A DNA stretch of 64,000 nucleotides, taken from positions 11,396,733 to 11,460,732 of the forward strand of contig CAJINV010000003.1 of assembly GCA_905178155.1 (NCBI GenBank), in the 5' to 3' direction. This stretch comes from Amoebophrya sp. A120. Taxonomy: Eukaryota > Protista > Dinoflagellata. How positions within the stretch are numbered: the stretch's first letter is position 1; every line of letters begins with the position of its first letter. Under the pieces are notes generated by a model. That model was not told the DNA's origin. It did no database searches and saw only the letters and a program-made list of their open reading frames with translations. The position numbers and the translations under genes are program-made. This document shows positions 60,944 to 64,000 of the stretch, piece by piece.

Positions 60944-63900
60944 TCACAGCGAGCCTCGCTGCCTCAGAGCAGAAACGGTGAAGCACTCCTGCAGCACCAC
61001 CTGGCTGACTACCTTTCCCCGCTTATCGTAAACGGGAACGGTGACGTTCCCAATGTAACTCGGAGTGAAGGGAGTCTGCGCCCGCGCACGGTAGCATGGA
61101 TCGAAAAGGACGAGGCGTTTCCCCGGCAGGAAAGCGTGCACCTTGCTGGTGATGAAAGTAGTATGAACCTGGGAGATCGGCAGGTACACGTAATTGAACG
61201 GCTCGACGTTGACCAATTTGAGTCCGGAGAAGTAGTAGCGCCTGCGGGTGGTCAACACGGGCGTGCTTATTGCTGCATGATCCCTTTCTAATGCTTCAGA
61301 ATCAGACGCCGCTCCCGCTCTTCGCGCATTATAATTTTCTTCTACCTCTTTCTGCAGGTCTTGCCACCGACCTATCTCACCGTCCTCCTCCCGCGCTTCT
61401 TTCTTCTGCAGCTCATCCTGAAGAAATAGGAGCACACCGATAGCCATACGAGAAAAACATACCCGTATAAACGTGTGTTGCGTAAGTAGATTTTCGTTGA
61501 TCACAGACATGGTCTTCTTTGCTGTTCAGCATGGCAAATTTGTTCGCAACCTCTCTAATCCTTAAACCAGGTGGGACACTGCATTCTGCATGAAAGGAAA
61601 CTGCCCCCCTTGTGGTCTCCGCGTTGCAAAGTTTGTAGACCAAGCAACTTAGTAATGCAAGTTTTATTCTGGTATTTGTGTATGTGGTCTGGTAGGACAA
61701 GACCGCGATACAGCACAGAAAACGGTACGGCATTTGTCTGGTATGGGTGTCCTACGCTTCTTCGTTGCAATGGATAGCGCTTCTTTCCATTAGTCGACAC
61801 TCTGGCCGCCGCTCCTGTTGTTCTCTTGAACATCTTTGGTCCCAGTTTCCGTCCGAGCTCGGGCGTCCATGGCCTTTGGTCCTCCTGTGGCCACGAGTCG
61901 ACGATCTTGGGGGCGAACTCTTTCGACTGCAGATCGAACCGCACATCCCACATGCGCGAAGCGCCGAGCGCTTTTGGCGTCTTATCCTACAGAAAAGGTC
62001 GCGCACATGTTGCCGATGCAAGAAAAAGAAACATTTGCCATGCAGTCCTTTATGCCGAAAAAAGCCCGTTGCTCTTGGTCTTGCACTTGCTGCTGGCTGT
62101 CCAGCATGACAAATTTTCTGGGAGAACTTTCACTTTGTCATGCTAGTGGTCCGCATAATTTTCACGTCCTCCATTTCGCATGGTAGATAGTTGCCTCTCT
62201 TGCAGCGGATCAGCGCTACAGAGCAGCTTTTTCTTGTGACGCCAAAAAATAAAAAACAGCAAGAGCAATCATCTTCTTTTCTGCTACTAAAGAAGCAGAT
62301 GCACTTTTCTGTAGAATACGTGTCCGCCTTCAGAAAGCAGCGGAGGCCGGTCGCCGTCTGCGGGTACAGAAGAAGTTTCCGGACCAGCTCCTCGTCTCGG
62401 TCCAGAATTTCCTGGGCCATCGCGCTGTCGTCCGCGATGTCCACCCACTTCTGGTCAAACTGCTGGCCGTGTAGCTGCTCGGGGTTGTGGATCTTTCCAA
62501 TCTGGCGCATCCGGTCATACAGCCTCGTCGTGTAGTTTAGGTCCCGCGCCTCCTTCCCCTTCAGGCTCGCGTAGTACCTCCGCGGGTCCCAAACCTGCTC
62601 GGGCTTGGAAAGTCGAGCGTTTTTGGTGACCACCACCACGAACCCCATGCAGGAATAGTAGGCGTGACAGTAGAAGTCGCACTGCGCGACGGAGTGCACG
62701 TGCACGTAGTGGCGGCTGCTGTAAACGAACTTGGACTCCGTCTGGTACATGGTAGCGAGCGCCGTGTCCTCTGTGATAATGTCCCGCAGGTGGACGCCCA
62801 ATTTGTAGGTCAGAAACTCGGGCGGGTTCGGCGGGCCTTGGGCCTGGAGCTGCTCCTCCAGCCGCTCCAGTGTGGCGGCGTGCAGGGGCAGCCACTTGCG
62901 AAACTCCTTGTGCCACGTGCCCGTTATCAGTCCGCGGTCCCACACGCGCAGCGGGTCGGTATCGAGCTTCCCGTCCGGGAGCAAAACCCCCAGCCCGGCA
63001 GCCCGAAACACGCGCTTCAACTCCGCGACGGTTTGCTGCAGTTTGCGTTCGTCGGTCAGCTGCAGCCGCTCCTCCTCGAAGGCGGGCCAGCGCTGCGGCA
63101 GGCCGACGCGTCGCAACATGGTGCGAAACTGAAACAGGTCGAACATAAAGGTCGAGTTGGTAATCGTGCGTCCTTCGGGGTAGAACACGTCCGGCTCGTA
63201 AATGGATTGCCGGAACCAGGGAGGCAAGATGGCCCCCTGGTGGCTGTGATGGCAGTCCAGCAAGTGTTGCTGCAGGTGGCCGGGCGAGGCAAGTTGCTGC
63301 GTCGTCATATTCACCGGCGCGGGAGTGTAGTCGGTGGCCATGACATCCGAGCCAAACGCTACATCGGCCAGCTTGGCGAGGTTCTTCTGGTGCGAGTCTG
63401 TCGTCCCAGCCTCGCCACCAGCGCTGTCGCTGTCCTGCCGATCCGGAGCTGCAGCCGAACGCATCACAAAGCCGAGGCGACAGTGGTGCGACAAATAACT
63501 GGTCACGTGCTGCGACCCCAGCGTGGTTTCCCACCACTTCGCGAACTTGCTCACCATGCCCCGCAAAATGAACTGGGCCACGTTCGTGCCCCATTTGAAC
63601 AGCAAAACGGCGTCTCCGCCATGTTTCAGCAGTGTGTCTTCGAGTAGAGGCAAAAAGTCCGAATCCTTGTAACGCTCGTCGTTCCACAAGTCGCGGAAAA
63701 ACAAAAAACGGTCTCGATCTACGTCTTCGCGAAACTTTGCGACAAAAAACTCGGAAGCAGCAGCGGCGGAGGAGCTGCTCCCATGATGCTGATTCGTCCC
63801 CACCATAGGATCGCTCTCTCGACGTGCTGCAGCTGCGGCTTTTTTACTGCTGGCTTCTAATACACCGGTCCTTGTGTCTTTATCTTTCTTTTCTGTTTCT

Positions 63901-64000
63901 TGCATCACAACTTGATGGGCGTGGACCTCTACCTCTTGTTCTGCTTTATTTGATGCGGAGGACGGCGCCGAGAGCATGTTTGCTGATGTTGACGAAGCGG
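60944..64000 (-). CDS. Hypothetical protein with PAN/apple-like Cys motif, probably 5'-truncated by the window edge, at least 3 exons
   Basis: SVAQCDFYCHAYYSCMGF...CFLK; ORFs 62130-63977, 61555-61953 and 60944-61510 join in frame via element 61983-62318 and intron 61418-61755. Confidence 0.7.
61418..61755 (-). other. GT-AG intron (338 bp) retaining TIR remnants
   Basis: GTAGGACACCCATACCAGACAAA...TTTCTCGTATGG...TCCTATTTCTTCAG; removal is in frame (RRS/DELQKK). Confidence 0.65.
61983..62318. mobile_element. Introner-like element (336 bp)
   Basis: TIR TAT(C/T)CTACAGAAAAG; flanks CGTCT/CGTGT; removal gives KADT/PKALG. Confidence 0.85.

Noticed and set aside
62515-63687. Long overlapping alternative and antisense ORFs (also near 49445-50721 and 53063-54794)
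   Set aside because: Shadows of GC-rich coding sequence with no motifs of their own.

Overview
Eukaryotic, intron-rich genomic DNA in which every gene model I can support lies on the minus strand. The features (co-oriented genes, non-canonical TIR/direct-repeat introns, a relic dinoflagellate spliced leader) fit a Syndiniales parasite such as Amoebophrya; that assignment is inference. About 11 genes can be reconstructed: a 13-kb TYW5-like JmjC hydroxylase, two GT90/CAP10-like glycosyltransferases, an Asp/Asn beta-hydroxylase-like dioxygenase, three FkbM-like methyltransferases, a PAN/apple-motif protein and hypothetical proteins. The dominant signal is about 25 insertions from several families, most about 290-390 bp. 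They have terminal inverted repeats (TIRs), nearly all run TA...TA, and most have a recognisable 5-bp target-site duplication (TSD). In the 24 cases I frame-checked by hand, deleting the element plus one 5-bp copy restores the reading frame, often inside a conserved motif. They therefore behave as transposon-derived non-canonical introns (introner-like), a class already reported in Amoebophrya. Less expected details: TSD mismatches are biased towards G at the putative intron ends; one element is nested in another; one has grown to 3.4 kb and carries satellites; and a triplicated ~40-bp exon segment alternates with two ~1.2-kb TIR elements. All coordinates and frame checks are manual; no database searches were run.
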